From positions 67,628 to 131,627 of the forward strand of contig CAXXDV010000002.1 in NCBI GenBank assembly GCA_963674745.2: 64,000 nucleotides of DNA. Reading direction: 5' to 3'. Numbering within the stretch: the stretch's first letter is position 1; every line of letters begins with the position of its first letter. A program made the translations under genes and the position numbers. This DNA comes from Desulfosudaceae bacterium (lineage in GTDB: Bacteria; Desulfobacterota; Desulfobacteria; Desulfobacterales; Desulfosudaceae). Below the pieces are notes generated by a model. That model was not told the origin of the DNA. It ran no database searches and saw nothing but the letters and a program-made list of their open reading frames with translations. This document shows, piece by piece, positions 1 through 9,464 of the stretch.

Positions 1-78
1 AGACAAGTAGCCTGTGCTGCCCTGATGTAACTGGATCGGAATAAGGGTAAAACCTTTCCAATAATGTTTAGGCCTCCG

Positions 79-321
79 GCCCGTTGCAGCGCAGCCCCGT
101 TTGTGGGCGGAATTTTTCGGCAACAGTGGGCAGACTGTTTGAGCGCCGGCTGCCTTCTGAATAGCAATAATGAGAAAAAAAAGGCGTACCTGCAAACAGC
201 CTTTGAGTGTGTCCATCAAGCGAGTTTCTGCCCACGCCGGAAAATCCGGCTGCAAACGGGATCAGCTGCGGTGCCGGGCCATGTTTCTTTTGCTTCTTTT
301 CTTTGCGCCAAAGAAAAGAAG
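79..321. repeat. Structured intergenic element: long imperfect inverted repeat plus perfect hairpin (MITE- or ncRNA-like)
   Basis: Arms ~79-133 and ~226-280 are imperfect reverse complements (gcagc/cccgtttg/cgga..ttt.cggc/gtgggcaga). Hairpin cttcttttctttg-cgc-caaagaaaagaag at 293-321 has a 13-bp stem. Confidence 0.5.
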
Positions 322-392
322 AGATAAAAACAAAATAAAAATAAGATATATATCTCACAAAAAAAGAGGGCCTCGTAATTCAAGGTTAAAAA

Positions 393-1856
393 TTACAAAT
401 TTTTAACCTTGAACTGCGGCGGCCGGCTCAAGGCAATCTCATCCCCTTCTTCCACCCCTTTTTGAATCTCTACCAGCTCTTCATTCTGAGCGCCCGTGAT
501 AACGATTCGTTTTTTAAATCCCCATGCCCCCTTGATAAATACAATATTTTCTTCGCCTTCCATAAATACGGCAAAGGCGGGTACCGCCAGAACATCAGCG
601 GCCCGGCTGCAGATGATGTTGACCCTGGCGGTCATTCCCGGCCTGAGGCGGGGGGTGGAATGCGCCAGGCTGATGGTGACACTGAAGTGACGGCCGGTTT
701 TGCGGTTTTCACGACCGCTGTCCGCCAGCACACCGATGGACGTCACCCGGCCTTTGAGCACCAGGTCAGGATAAGCGTCTACGGTGGCGAGTACGGGTTT
801 GCCGACGTCAATCTTGTGAAGGTCCACTTCTCTCACCCGGGACTTGATGATCATTTTCGAGATATCCGGCAGATAGACCAATGGCTGATTCTGCCAGACC
901 TGGTCACCGATCCGCGGTGTTCGAAAAACATTGCCCCGGTTCTGTTTGGCCAGCACGACCATGCCCGGACTGGGGGCCTTGATGACGGCAGCTTCGAGTT
1001 CCTGCTCAGCTCTTTCCAGGTTCTGTTTGGCCGCCGCCAGCTCCTGCTCGGCGTTGGCCAAAGCCGCCATGGCCTGGCCGATTTTATGACCGCCGCCCTT
1101 TTTCGTTTGTTCCAGGGATACTTCGGCCGCTTCTATGGATGCCCGGGCTTTTTCGATCTGTACCGGCAGGAGGTGGTCCCGGTAACTTGAAAGCTGCATG
1201 TTGACCATGCGGTAAGCCTGTTCGGCTTCTTTGATCTGGTTTTTGATCTGTTCCTGCTCGGTGGGGTTGGCAAAACCTTTTTGGACCAGTTTTTCTAAAG
1301 AGGACCGGTAATGTTTCTTTTTTTCATAATCTTCCCGGGCTTTTGCGGCTTCGATTTCCAGGCGCGCCAGCTCCCTTGGGCCTTCACCTTTTTCAAGGCG
1401 GCGAAGTTCCAGGCGGGCAATTTGCAGGTCGCTCCGGGCTCTGTTGATTTCCCGTGCCGCCTGGTTTTTTTCCCATTCCAGCAGCTCTTCTTTGGCCTTG
1501 ACCAGTGTGTCCAGTTCAATCACTTTCGAACGAAGCCTTAAAACCTCTTCCTGGAAAGCTGTGGGGTCCAGGCGAACCAGGACCTCTCCGGCTTCAACCT
1601 GCTTTCCGTCTTCCACCAGTTCAATGATCTTGCCCCGGTCACCCCGAACCGATGAGCTCAGGATAACCGATTGGGCCGCATCCAGTTCACCAACCGTGCG
1701 CACTTCGACCACCATGTCGGTGCGGATGACCTCGGCGGTTAAAATGTCTTCGGCCTTATCCGTGTCGGCCCCCCAATACCGGTGAACAAAAAAGATCAGC
1801 AGGATCACCGCGGCGATTAACAAAAAGATCGTTTTTTTATTTTTCTCTATTGGCAT
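393..1856 (-). CDS. Efflux periplasmic adaptor (membrane fusion protein), MacA/HlyD-like, with long helical hairpin
   Basis: N-terminal TM, lipoyl half motifs (VEDGKQVEAGEVLVRLD; IKAPSPGMV), LRPGMTARV, GVEEGDEI tail. ATG at 1856 preferred over TTG at 1859. Confidence 0.9.
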   Translation of the reverse strand: MPIEKNKKTIFLLIAAVILLIFFVHRYWGADTDKAEDILTAEVIRTDMVVEVRTVGELDAAQSVILSSSVRGDRGKIIELVEDGKQVEAGEVLVRLDPTAFQEEVLRLRSKVIELDTLVKAKEELLEWEKNQAAREINRARSDLQIARLELRRLEKGEGPRELARLEIEAAKAREDYEKKKHYRSSLEKLVQKGFANPTEQEQIKNQIKEAEQAYRMVNMQLSSYRDHLLPVQIEKARASIEAAEVSLEQTKKGGGHKIGQAMAALANAEQELAAAKQNLERAEQELEAAVIKAPSPGMVVLAKQNRGNVFRTPRIGDQVWQNQPLVYLPDISKMIIKSRVREVDLHKIDVGKPVLATVDAYPDLVLKGRVTSIGVLADSGRENRKTGRHFSVTISLAHSTPRLRPGMTARVNIICSRAADVLAVPAFAVFMEGEENIVFIKGAWGFKKRIVITGAQNEELVEIQKGVEEGDEIALSRPPQFKVKNL

Positions 1857-1866
1857 CAATCAACCT

Positions 1867-3336
1867 TCAATCCGCCGGCAAAACCGATTCGGCTGGATGT
1901 TTTGCAGGCCGTGAGGGCCCGGCATCGGCCTGATTGATCAGCGTGCCGATGGCCTTGCGCAACCGGTACTGGCCGACAATATACTCGATGACCGCCGAAA
2001 CCAGCTGGGTTTCCGAACGGCGCAGCGCGGTCTCGGCATCAATCAGATCAATGTTGTCGGTCAAACCGTGTTCGAATTTTACCCTGGCCAGCTCAAGCTG
2101 TCCCCGGGCCTGTTGAATCTGATCTTCCTGGGTGGTAATGGCCTTGTCCTGTCGTTCCATATTGCGCAGTTCACGTTTTACGCCGGCAACAATTTCGTCT
2201 TTTAAGATGCGCTGCCGCCGAACCGTTTGCTGCACACTGATCATGCTTTCCTCAAAGGCGGCTTTCTCCGTTGTCCGCCACAAATCGGTCGATGACCCCA
2301 GGCTGAACCCCCAGGTCGTTTCATCCGGTTTCGAGTCGGAAAAATGCTCAGCCGGGTCCCCGGTAAAATTGACTGACAGGCCGATGTCCAGTTCCGGAAG
2401 CGTATTCTTTCTGGCGTTGTCGGCCAGGCGTCGGGCTTCGGCCAGTTCATCCCGCACCTGTTCCAGTTCCACCCGGTTGTCCAGGGCGGTTTGAATCATT
2501 TCCTGTTCATCCGGATAGATACGGTCAAAATCCAGGGGCAGGGATATCTTCATATCCTCTTTTAAGGGCAGGGCCAGAAATATTTTAATGGTATCCAGGG
2601 CGTCAACATAGCTCTGCCGGCTCTGGTTGAGTTCTTCTTCAGCCTGATTGCGCTGGATGCGGACCCGGTAAAGGTCCATGGTGGAGACCAGTCCCATTTG
2701 TTTTTTGATGGCGGTTGCCTCTTCCAGATCTTTCAGCCGCTGGTATGACTCTTCCCGCAGGCGGAGGGTTTCCCGCTGGCGGATGACTTCATAGGCATAG
2801 CGCACGGCATTGATAACCGTGTCGACCGCTTTTAAGTAACTGGATCGCAGGGCCGTTCGTTCACTGAAACGGGCACTGTATACGCCGGACAGATTATAGG
2901 CCCTGCCGGCGCCGCGCAACAGCGGCTGGACAATATCGAGACGAATCCGGTTCTGGTATGAATCTTCGGTTTTAAAAACAGACGGTGTCAGATCGACCCG
3001 GGTGCCGAACGGGATCTTTTTTTCCAGGCTTACGGACAGGCCGTAGTCTTTTTCGGTATCCTGTTCGTCTCCTCCGGAAAAATTGACGCTGGCACCGGGA
3101 TATATCTTGAGTTCAAACTCGGATCTCGCGGTTGCCAGCCGGAGCCCGGCCCGCCGCACCTCATCCAGGGCGTCGATCATGCCCCAGCTGGCTTCCAGGG
3201 ACCGGTTGATGATGCTTTCCAGATCCCAGGCATCGTTACCTGTAGCCCGTCCCGATGGCGGCAGGAGCAAGATGACAAATACCACAACAAACAGCGGTGT
3301 TATCTTTCTGTTAGATTGGAGTGCCGGTGCCGTCAT
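1867..3336 (-). CDS. TolC-family outer membrane efflux protein
   Basis: Signal-like N-terminus, two OEP-like repeats (QPLLRGAG; ARVKFEHGLTDNIDLIDAE; YRLRKAIG). Start placed at MTAPA (3336); the ORF track starts at 3405. Confidence 0.88.
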   Translation of the reverse strand: MTAPALQSNRKITPLFVVVFVILLLPPSGRATGNDAWDLESIINRSLEASWGMIDALDEVRRAGLRLATARSEFELKIYPGASVNFSGGDEQDTEKDYGLSVSLEKKIPFGTRVDLTPSVFKTEDSYQNRIRLDIVQPLLRGAGRAYNLSGVYSARFSERTALRSSYLKAVDTVINAVRYAYEVIRQRETLRLREESYQRLKDLEEATAIKKQMGLVSTMDLYRVRIQRNQAEEELNQSRQSYVDALDTIKIFLALPLKEDMKISLPLDFDRIYPDEQEMIQTALDNRVELEQVRDELAEARRLADNARKNTLPELDIGLSVNFTGDPAEHFSDSKPDETTWGFSLGSSTDLWRTTEKAAFEESMISVQQTVRRQRILKDEIVAGVKRELRNMERQDKAITTQEDQIQQARGQLELARVKFEHGLTDNIDLIDAETALRRSETQLVSAVIEYIVGQYRLRKAIGTLINQADAGPSRPAKHPAESVLPAD

Positions 3337-3392
3337 CCTGTTTCTATCATAACGGTTTGGATGTTGATGGTTTTTTGCCGGTATCTCTAATA

Positions 3393-3426
3393 GCACAGCT
3401 CCCACGCAAAGGCTTGGGAGCTGTGT
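3393..3426 (-). terminator. Hairpin (terminator or RNA stabiliser) between the exported paralogs and tolC
   Basis: gcacagctccca ... tgggagctgtgt, ~12-bp stem; weak U tract. Confidence 0.5.
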
Positions 3427-3479
3427 TAATGGTAAATACCGATTTTTATTGCAGGCGACTCAAAGATCGTAAGGCTGCG

Positions 3480-4571
3480 TCATCGCTTAAAGTTTAATGT
3501 CCAGCCGTTGTTAGTCGAATCCAGAACAAAGCTTTTTGAATCTCCGCTGGCATATCCTTCGTAAATCGCCCCGGCGTCAAAATTCATTGTCAGATAGGTG
3601 CCGGAAAGCGACCAGTTACCACCACCCGCTTCTGTTGAAGGGGATGTGTCACCGAGATGGAGCGTGGAAAGATTATATGAAAAGGAACCATTTTCATTAT
3701 AGGTTATCTTTCCCGAAGTGGTCGATCCAGCCGGGTGGCTCCCGGTTACGCTCCATGTACCCACAATGGTATCTTCCGTCAGTTCCTTCCCACCTGAACT
3801 GCTACCCCCACCACCGCCGCCGATGGCCGCTGCAGCACCACCCAGGGCGGCAGCGCCGAGAACACCCGCGCCAACCAGAAAGGCCGTGCTGAATCCGGCG
3901 GTCGTGGCAGTGACGGTGCCGGCCGACGTGGATGAGGCGGCTTGGCCGCTGGTATGAGATTTTTTGTCTTTGGTCAGGTAATACAGTCCGCCGGCGACAA
4001 CACCGAAACGCAGCCCGGATTCGACCTTGTTCATGACAATATTATCCGTGAACCCGGGAAGTTCGTGCGGCACCTTATCCAGTTCCATGCTGACCTGGAT
4101 TTCACTTTTGTCAGGCGCATACTGCCAGGCCGGGGTATCCTCCGACAAGTCCCTTTCTATGGTAAACGGCTGTGTTTTGACGATCTGGTTATTATTGTTG
4201 ACCGTCAGAAACAGGTATTCAATTTTTGCCGTGGCTGTTGACGGGGCAGGCAGACGGGCGGAAAAAAATGCGCCATCGCTGCCGCCGCCGGTCTGGGTCG
4301 CGGGCACAAACACAAAGTCGGCCTGGCCGGACCCTTTAAAATAACACCGGACCAGTTTGGTGCCGGCCGGATCTTTGACAGCGACATCCAGCTGGATGCG
4401 GTGTTTGGGCACAAAATAGTCCGGCGGATTATGCTTTATGGCTGTTTCGACTGTGGCGGCTGTGGCTGCCACCGGCATGAAGGTGGTAAATACAAAGGTA
4501 AAGCAGGTGATCATCAGGATCAGGACTTTACCCGGGCCGTTCTGTTTTAACATTTTCCGCATTCCAAACAT
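3480..4571 (-). CDS. Exported hypothetical protein, paralog A (signal peptide, Ig-like domain, Gly-rich hydrophobic segment, C-terminal beta/lipocalin-like domain)
   Basis: RBS ggag. Signal peptide, FLVGAGVLGAAALGGAAAAIGGGGGGSSS, IVGTW motif. Clearly similar to 4602-5789. Confidence 0.8.
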   Translation of the reverse strand: MFGMRKMLKQNGPGKVLILMITCFTFVFTTFMPVAATAATVETAIKHNPPDYFVPKHRIQLDVAVKDPAGTKLVRCYFKGSGQADFVFVPATQTGGGSDGAFFSARLPAPSTATAKIEYLFLTVNNNNQIVKTQPFTIERDLSEDTPAWQYAPDKSEIQVSMELDKVPHELPGFTDNIVMNKVESGLRFGVVAGGLYYLTKDKKSHTSGQAASSTSAGTVTATTAGFSTAFLVGAGVLGAAALGGAAAAIGGGGGGSSSGGKELTEDTIVGTWSVTGSHPAGSTTSGKITYNENGSFSYNLSTLHLGDTSPSTEAGGGNWSLSGTYLTMNFDAGAIYEGYASGDSKSFVLDSTNNGWTLNFKR

Positions 4572-4601
4572 TTATTGCTCCTTTTACTTTTCAGAAGTTC
4601 A

Positions 4602-5789
4602 TTATCGAGAAAAGTTGTATACCCCATGACCGGAGCCACCGGTGGTGTCCAGTACAAATGCCTGATCATCCCCGGTGGCCGATCCGATCCAGGGAGAAAT
4701 GCTGATAAAATAAAGGGACAGGCTGTTCCCGGACAAAAACCAGGAACCGGTACCGGCTTCGTTCCCATAACCGTCTCCGTTTACGACCATGTAACTCATT
4801 GTCCCGCCTGAAGAGAACGTCATCGTTCCACTCCGTGAAACAAGGTCATACCGATAGCCGGAAAAGTTCCAGTCACCCAATATCGTGGTTTCGTCAAGGG
4901 GGTTCGCTGTCGGCGTCGGCGTCGGTGTCGGCGGCGGTGTCGGTGTCGGGGTCGGGGTCGGTGTCGGGGAAGGCGGTGGCGTCGGTGACGGTGTGGGCGG
5001 GTCCTTCTTGTCACTGCTGCCGCCACCGCCACCGCCGCCGGATAAAGCAATCGCACCGCCCACCACGGCCGCGCCCAGGACGCCGGCCCCGACCAGGAAT
5101 TTGGTGCTGTAACCGGCCGCCTTGGCGGTGATTTCACCGGCATAGTTGGATGAGGCCGCCCTGCCGGTGGTGTGGGATTTTTTGTCTTTGGTCAGGTAAT
5201 ATAACCCGCCGGCCACCAGGCCGAACCGGGCGCCTGACTCGATTTTGTTTATGGCAATATTATCTGTAAAACCACGCAGTTCGGACGGGACCTTGTCCAG
5301 TTCCATGCTGACCTGGATCTGGTCCTTGCCGGCCCCATGCTGCCAGGCCGGGGCCTTGTCCTTATTCTCCCCGATAATGGTAAAAGTTTGCGTTTTGATG
5401 ACATTATTGTTGTTGTTGACCACCAGGAAAAGGTATTTGACCTGTTTTGTGCCCGGAGTAGGCGCGGGGAGAACACCGGAATAAAGAACGCCTTTACTGG
5501 TACCCCCGGTTCTGGTCATGGGAACGAAAACATAGTCCGCCTCACCGGCCGCCTTAAAATAGCAGCGAACCACACTGACGCCGGCCGGGTCACTGACCGT
5601 GGCATCCAGCTGGAGCCGGTATCCCGGCACGAAATACGCCGGCGGGCCGTGGACCACACCGGTCTGAACACCGGCGGGGGCGGCTGTGATCGGCATGATG
5701 GTGGTAAATACCAGGGTGAGACTGGTCAGCATGATGACCATCACTTTTCCCGGGCCATTTCGTTTTAGCATTTTACGTATTCCAAACAT
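4602..5789 (-). CDS. Exported hypothetical protein, paralog B, with Pro/Thr linker
   Basis: aggagg RBS before MFGIRKML (5789). Same architecture as 3480-4571 with a (PT)n linker and ILGDW motif. Confidence 0.8.
   Translation of the reverse strand: MFGIRKMLKRNGPGKVMVIMLTSLTLVFTTIMPITAAPAGVQTGVVHGPPAYFVPGYRLQLDATVSDPAGVSVVRCYFKAAGEADYVFVPMTRTGGTSKGVLYSGVLPAPTPGTKQVKYLFLVVNNNNNVIKTQTFTIIGENKDKAPAWQHGAGKDQIQVSMELDKVPSELRGFTDNIAINKIESGARFGLVAGGLYYLTKDKKSHTTGRAASSNYAGEITAKAAGYSTKFLVGAGVLGAAVVGGAIALSGGGGGGGSSDKKDPPTPSPTPPPSPTPTPTPTPTPPPTPTPTPTANPLDETTILGDWNFSGYRYDLVSRSGTMTFSSGGTMSYMVVNGDGYGNEAGTGSWFLSGNSLSLYFISISPWIGSATGDDQAFVLDTTGGSGHGVYNFSR
4908..5001 (-). repeat. Coding 6-bp-period repeat encoding a Pro-Thr linker
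   Basis: (gtcggy)n on the + strand encodes PPTPSPTPPPSPTPTPTPTPTPPPTPTPTPT. Confidence 0.9.
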
Positions 5790-5845
5790 GAAATCCTCCT
5801 GCATTTTCGTGTTGTTGGCTTGATAACTAAAAGTTGCTTGTCTAT

Positions 5846-6538
5846 TTACTGGGCGGTTGAGTTGATCTCAACGGCCTGGTTCAACAGGTTGTCGGTTTCA
5901 ATCCTGACCTTTCCCATGGGAAGGGTTCTCAGCATTTCCTGAACCAGCCATGCGATTCTGTCCGACCGGGATGATGATGAATGGGCCATGACATTGATCA
6001 GGGCGTTAAAGGGATCCATCTGCCATTGCCGGTGGGCCGTCCGCCACTGTTCACTGCGCCAGAGCAACTCGCCGCTTTTACAGTCGATCAGCTTGAGCGA
6101 GCAGGAAACCACCACGGCGTCAAAGGTGACCTTGTGGATCGAGGCCGCCTGGTCCACCTGCCCCAGCAGAACGGCGTCGGTGTTGAGTATGTCGCCCAGC
6201 CTTTTTAAGCTGATTCCCTGAAGCTGTCCCGGTGTCTGGACACCGAGGTCCTTCATGACCTTTTTGACTTTTCCGACCGATACCCGCCGGTATCCTTTCG
6301 CTTGAAGCTGCTCGTAGGCAGCATTGTAGAGGACCTCTTCCAGTTCCGGTTCAAGGGAAAAATTATCCATGGGCAGGACCGCCACCACGCCGGGCTTGAA
6401 CTGGTCAAACCGGGGGTTGACTTCCCAGAATTCCTGGTCCTGTTTTGAAGCGGCGCTTAAGTCCGTCAGGCCGGACACCAAAAGTGCGCCAAGAATGATA
6501 ACCGTATACAGGGCAGATGCTTTTAGGGATTTAAACAT
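5846..6538 (-). CDS. DUF799/GNA1162-like exported protein (TolB-N/CsgG-like fold)
   Basis: Signal peptide, VAVLPMDN, LQAKGY, LNTDAVLLGQV, LIDCKSGELLW pattern. Adjacent to a CsgG-like gene. Confidence 0.7.
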   Translation of the reverse strand: MFKSLKASALYTVIILGALLVSGLTDLSAASKQDQEFWEVNPRFDQFKPGVVAVLPMDNFSLEPELEEVLYNAAYEQLQAKGYRRVSVGKVKKVMKDLGVQTPGQLQGISLKRLGDILNTDAVLLGQVDQAASIHKVTFDAVVVSCSLKLIDCKSGELLWRSEQWRTAHRQWQMDPFNALINVMAHSSSSRSDRIAWLVQEMLRTLPMGKVRIETDNLLNQAVEINSTAQ

Positions 6539-6546
6539 AATTCTAC

Positions 6547-7302
6547 CTACCTGAGCCTGACACCGCTTGCCCCCGGCCGGGTACGTGCGCCGGAAGAAGC
6601 GCCGGTGGTGCCGTTAAACGTAGAAATCAGGGAGACCAAGGCCTTGCCGATGGCATTGTCCAGCGCTTCATCGCCGGCACTGCTGTCCCAGGAACCGACC
6701 TGCCCGCCGGACAGGCCGCCTTCAAAGGTCTGCCTGACGGTATGTTCGCCCCGTCCGGTGGCCATGTATTCCCCGGTCTGGGCGTTCTGCAGCAGAAGAT
6801 CGACCCTGACCGTGGTGTCAATGGTTCTGGCCTTGGAGGTGGAGCTGACCTGCGAATGGGTGTGGACGTTAAACCGGGAAATCGAGCCGGAAATAAAATA
6901 TTCGCACAGCAGGATGCGCCTGGCCTTCTGCATGTTTTCCGGACTTTTGACGATATCCGCCTGGCTCAAGGTGTCCCAGTCAAAGAGCCGTTTCATTTCT
7001 TCCCATTCCACCACCCGAAAGTAACCGGCCCGAAGCAGGTGGGTGGCCAGAAATTGGCCGGAGGTGTCCCACAGCCGGTCGGCTGAGTAGGTACTTTTGT
7101 TTTCAAACCCGGCAATGGCCACCAGTTCTTTTTTCGCCGGCGGCGGCGGCAGACGGGTCCAGTCCACCGGGTTCCCCTCGGGGCCGATGGGCGCTGCCGG
7201 CCTTGTGTATTTGGCGTTCTGGGCGCAGGCGGTCAATCCGACCAGCAACAGGCAAGCTAACAGCAACTTGAACGTGTTGGTGTAAATCCCCTTTGTGTTC
7301 AT
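6547..7302 (-). CDS. CsgG/HfaB-family lipoprotein
   Basis: Lipobox LTAC, VAIAGFENKS, YFRVVE, ISGSISRF, VRVDLLLQNAQTGE. Confidence 0.75.
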   Translation of the reverse strand: MNTKGIYTNTFKLLLACLLLVGLTACAQNAKYTRPAAPIGPEGNPVDWTRLPPPPAKKELVAIAGFENKSTYSADRLWDTSGQFLATHLLRAGYFRVVEWEEMKRLFDWDTLSQADIVKSPENMQKARRILLCEYFISGSISRFNVHTHSQVSSTSKARTIDTTVRVDLLLQNAQTGEYMATGRGEHTVRQTFEGGLSGGQVGSWDSSAGDEALDNAIGKALVSLISTFNGTTGASSGARTRPGASGVRLR

Positions 7303-7328
7303 AAAAAATCCTTCAATCTTTATTATGG

Positions 7329-9395
7329 TTAATTTATTTTGATCAACGGCAGGTCGGTCCCCTGCATGCGAAAATAGGGGTGCTGCTGGCCGTTGGTCAG
7401 CCGCGGGACCTGTCGGGCCACAAACTGAAACACCTCATTTAAAGAGACATAAGCATCTTTGTCATAATCGGCCTCCCCCCGCATGGCGGAAACCAGCGCG
7501 TAAGTAAAGGCGCCGTGACCGGTGGAACCGGGATCCAGCTTGAATTCATTGGATTCCAGGGACGCTTCACCAGCCTTGGAGGCGGACAGGATGTACGTAC
7601 CGCTGGCTGCGTTGATGGTGTTGGCCAGGTCTTCGCCGCTGCCCGCTCCGCGCATGCCTACTTTCAACGCACCGGAATGACAGGTATCCATGGCGACGAT
7701 GATCTTATCTACGTTTTTGGAAAGGATTTTGACCGATTCTTCAAAATCAGACATGCGCAGGCCCGTGGACAGAAGGTTGTCGAAATCGGCATCCGAGGGC
7801 ATGAAATAGTACGAACCGGACTGGCGATGCTGGGTGCCGTGGCCGGCCACAAAAATAAAGATGACATCATTGGGTGCCGCCTGCCCCAGGTGGTGGGTAA
7901 TGGCTTCGATGATACTGTTGCGGGTGACATCCCTGTTGACCAGGGTTTTAAAATGGACTTCGGAAAAGGACTTGCCCACCTGGGTCTTGAAGAACTTTTC
8001 AAGTTTCAAGGCATCCTGATCAGCGTATTTCAGGTTGATGGAAGAACTGCTGTAATTGGAAACCCCGATGGCCAGGCCCCATAAAACCGGCTTGCCGGCC
8101 GGGCCGGCAGGTTTGGCTGCCGAAGAAAGCGACCAGCCGCCGTTTCCCCGGGCGATTCGGAGGGACTTTCTGTTGATGTTGCCGTGGACATCGGCCGCTT
8201 CAATGGAGATGTTGCTGGTTGAATCATCCAGGGCCAGGTTATGCGTAAAATGGCCGCTCGCCGAAAGCTTAATATCCTGGTCGTTCACGCGGACAAACAG
8301 GATATCACTGGTGTCCTTGACGATTCCTTCGATCATGGTGTTTTTTTCTTTGGCCGGCAGGGATACTTCAAAGCCCCTGGTCACATCCGGGCGGAGCAGC
8401 ACCAGTTCAGGTGCCTCTTTGTCCTGTTGCCGGTCCAGTGATAAATTTTTGGAAGCCATTTTGCCGGCGGTGTTGATCGCCATGATCAAGATATGATCCT
8501 GGTTTTTCCCCAGGTTGAGCCGATGCATAAACTTGCCTTCCGAGTCGTGAGCCACTTTTTCACCGTTGATCCGTACCTCGCTGATACCGGCCGGATCAAT
8601 GGCCATACCTTCGATGTTCAGTTCCTTTTTGGTCATCACTGGAATAAAACCCCGCGTGGCCGGCGGGTTTAAGATAACGATTTCAGGCCCTTCTGAAGCA
8701 GGGGGGGCGGGCTTGGCCTGAGGCTGCACAGGTGCCTGGGCAACCGTCATCGGCGCGGCAGGCGTTGCCGGTGCCGTCGCGGCGACCGGAGCCGGTTTTG
8801 CGGTCAATGAGGCCTTGTAGCCGGACAATTCTTCGGCCCTTTTCGCCGGGAGTTGGTTCGGCAGCTTGCCGGCTATGAGGCGTGTCATTTCGTCCGACAT
8901 TTTTCGGAAGGTGGACGCGGACGCCTCGCCTTCGGAGCGGCCGGAACTGGAAAACGAAACACTGCCCAGGTCAATGGTGCCGCCGTCGGAGGTCCTGACG
9001 ATCCGCCAGGCCACGGACGTCACTGCCTTGCTCATGGTCATGTTCAGCACCTCCTGCTGGCTGACCCGGGTGGCGGCCTTGGCGCTGACAATATAAGCGG
9101 CGCTATTAAAACCCGCTGCCTTGCGAAGCTCGGGCAGACTGCCCGAACGGGCGATATCCACATCTTCTCTGCTAAAGCCGTTTCGGGCGGAAAAATCATC
9201 CGAGGTCATGACCTCGTATTTTTTATTCAGCAGGCCCCTGGCAATCATCATTTCCGTTTCTTTAATCAGGGCGGCGCTGTCTGCCCCTCCCTGTTCCTGG
9301 ACAACATTGATCAGCACCTTGGTGGTTGCGGCCGGGGCACTTGCGGCGGAAACACCAAGCAGTAAGAGTGTAATAAAAACAACATATTTTTTCAT
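7329..9395 (-). CDS. Exported caspase-family (peptidase C14) protease with N-terminal CsgG/TolB-N-like domain and two Ig-like domains
   Basis: Signal peptide, LAIGVSNY...LKYADQDA, catalytic His in AGHG, catalytic Cys in DTCHSG, GHGAFTYAL, GQQHP. Confidence 0.9.
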   Translation of the reverse strand: MKKYVVFITLLLLGVSAASAPAATTKVLINVVQEQGGADSAALIKETEMMIARGLLNKKYEVMTSDDFSARNGFSREDVDIARSGSLPELRKAAGFNSAAYIVSAKAATRVSQQEVLNMTMSKAVTSVAWRIVRTSDGGTIDLGSVSFSSSGRSEGEASASTFRKMSDEMTRLIAGKLPNQLPAKRAEELSGYKASLTAKPAPVAATAPATPAAPMTVAQAPVQPQAKPAPPASEGPEIVILNPPATRGFIPVMTKKELNIEGMAIDPAGISEVRINGEKVAHDSEGKFMHRLNLGKNQDHILIMAINTAGKMASKNLSLDRQQDKEAPELVLLRPDVTRGFEVSLPAKEKNTMIEGIVKDTSDILFVRVNDQDIKLSASGHFTHNLALDDSTSNISIEAADVHGNINRKSLRIARGNGGWSLSSAAKPAGPAGKPVLWGLAIGVSNYSSSSINLKYADQDALKLEKFFKTQVGKSFSEVHFKTLVNRDVTRNSIIEAITHHLGQAAPNDVIFIFVAGHGTQHRQSGSYYFMPSDADFDNLLSTGLRMSDFEESVKILSKNVDKIIVAMDTCHSGALKVGMRGAGSGEDLANTINAASGTYILSASKAGEASLESNEFKLDPGSTGHGAFTYALVSAMRGEADYDKDAYVSLNEVFQFVARQVPRLTNGQQHPYFRMQGTDLPLIKIN

Positions 9396-9464
9396 CTGGT
9401 ACCTCCTTGGCTGCTCCGGATCGGGGTTGAGAAAACGACCGGGACAGTATATGGCCGATTTTGT

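Noticed and set aside
1..30. Possible 3' end of a plus-strand gene (RQVACAALM-stop)
   Set aside because: Too short to support.
6547..7302. Curli biogenesis operon
   Set aside because: Only a CsgG-like gene is present; there are no curlin-repeat subunits or CsgE/F.
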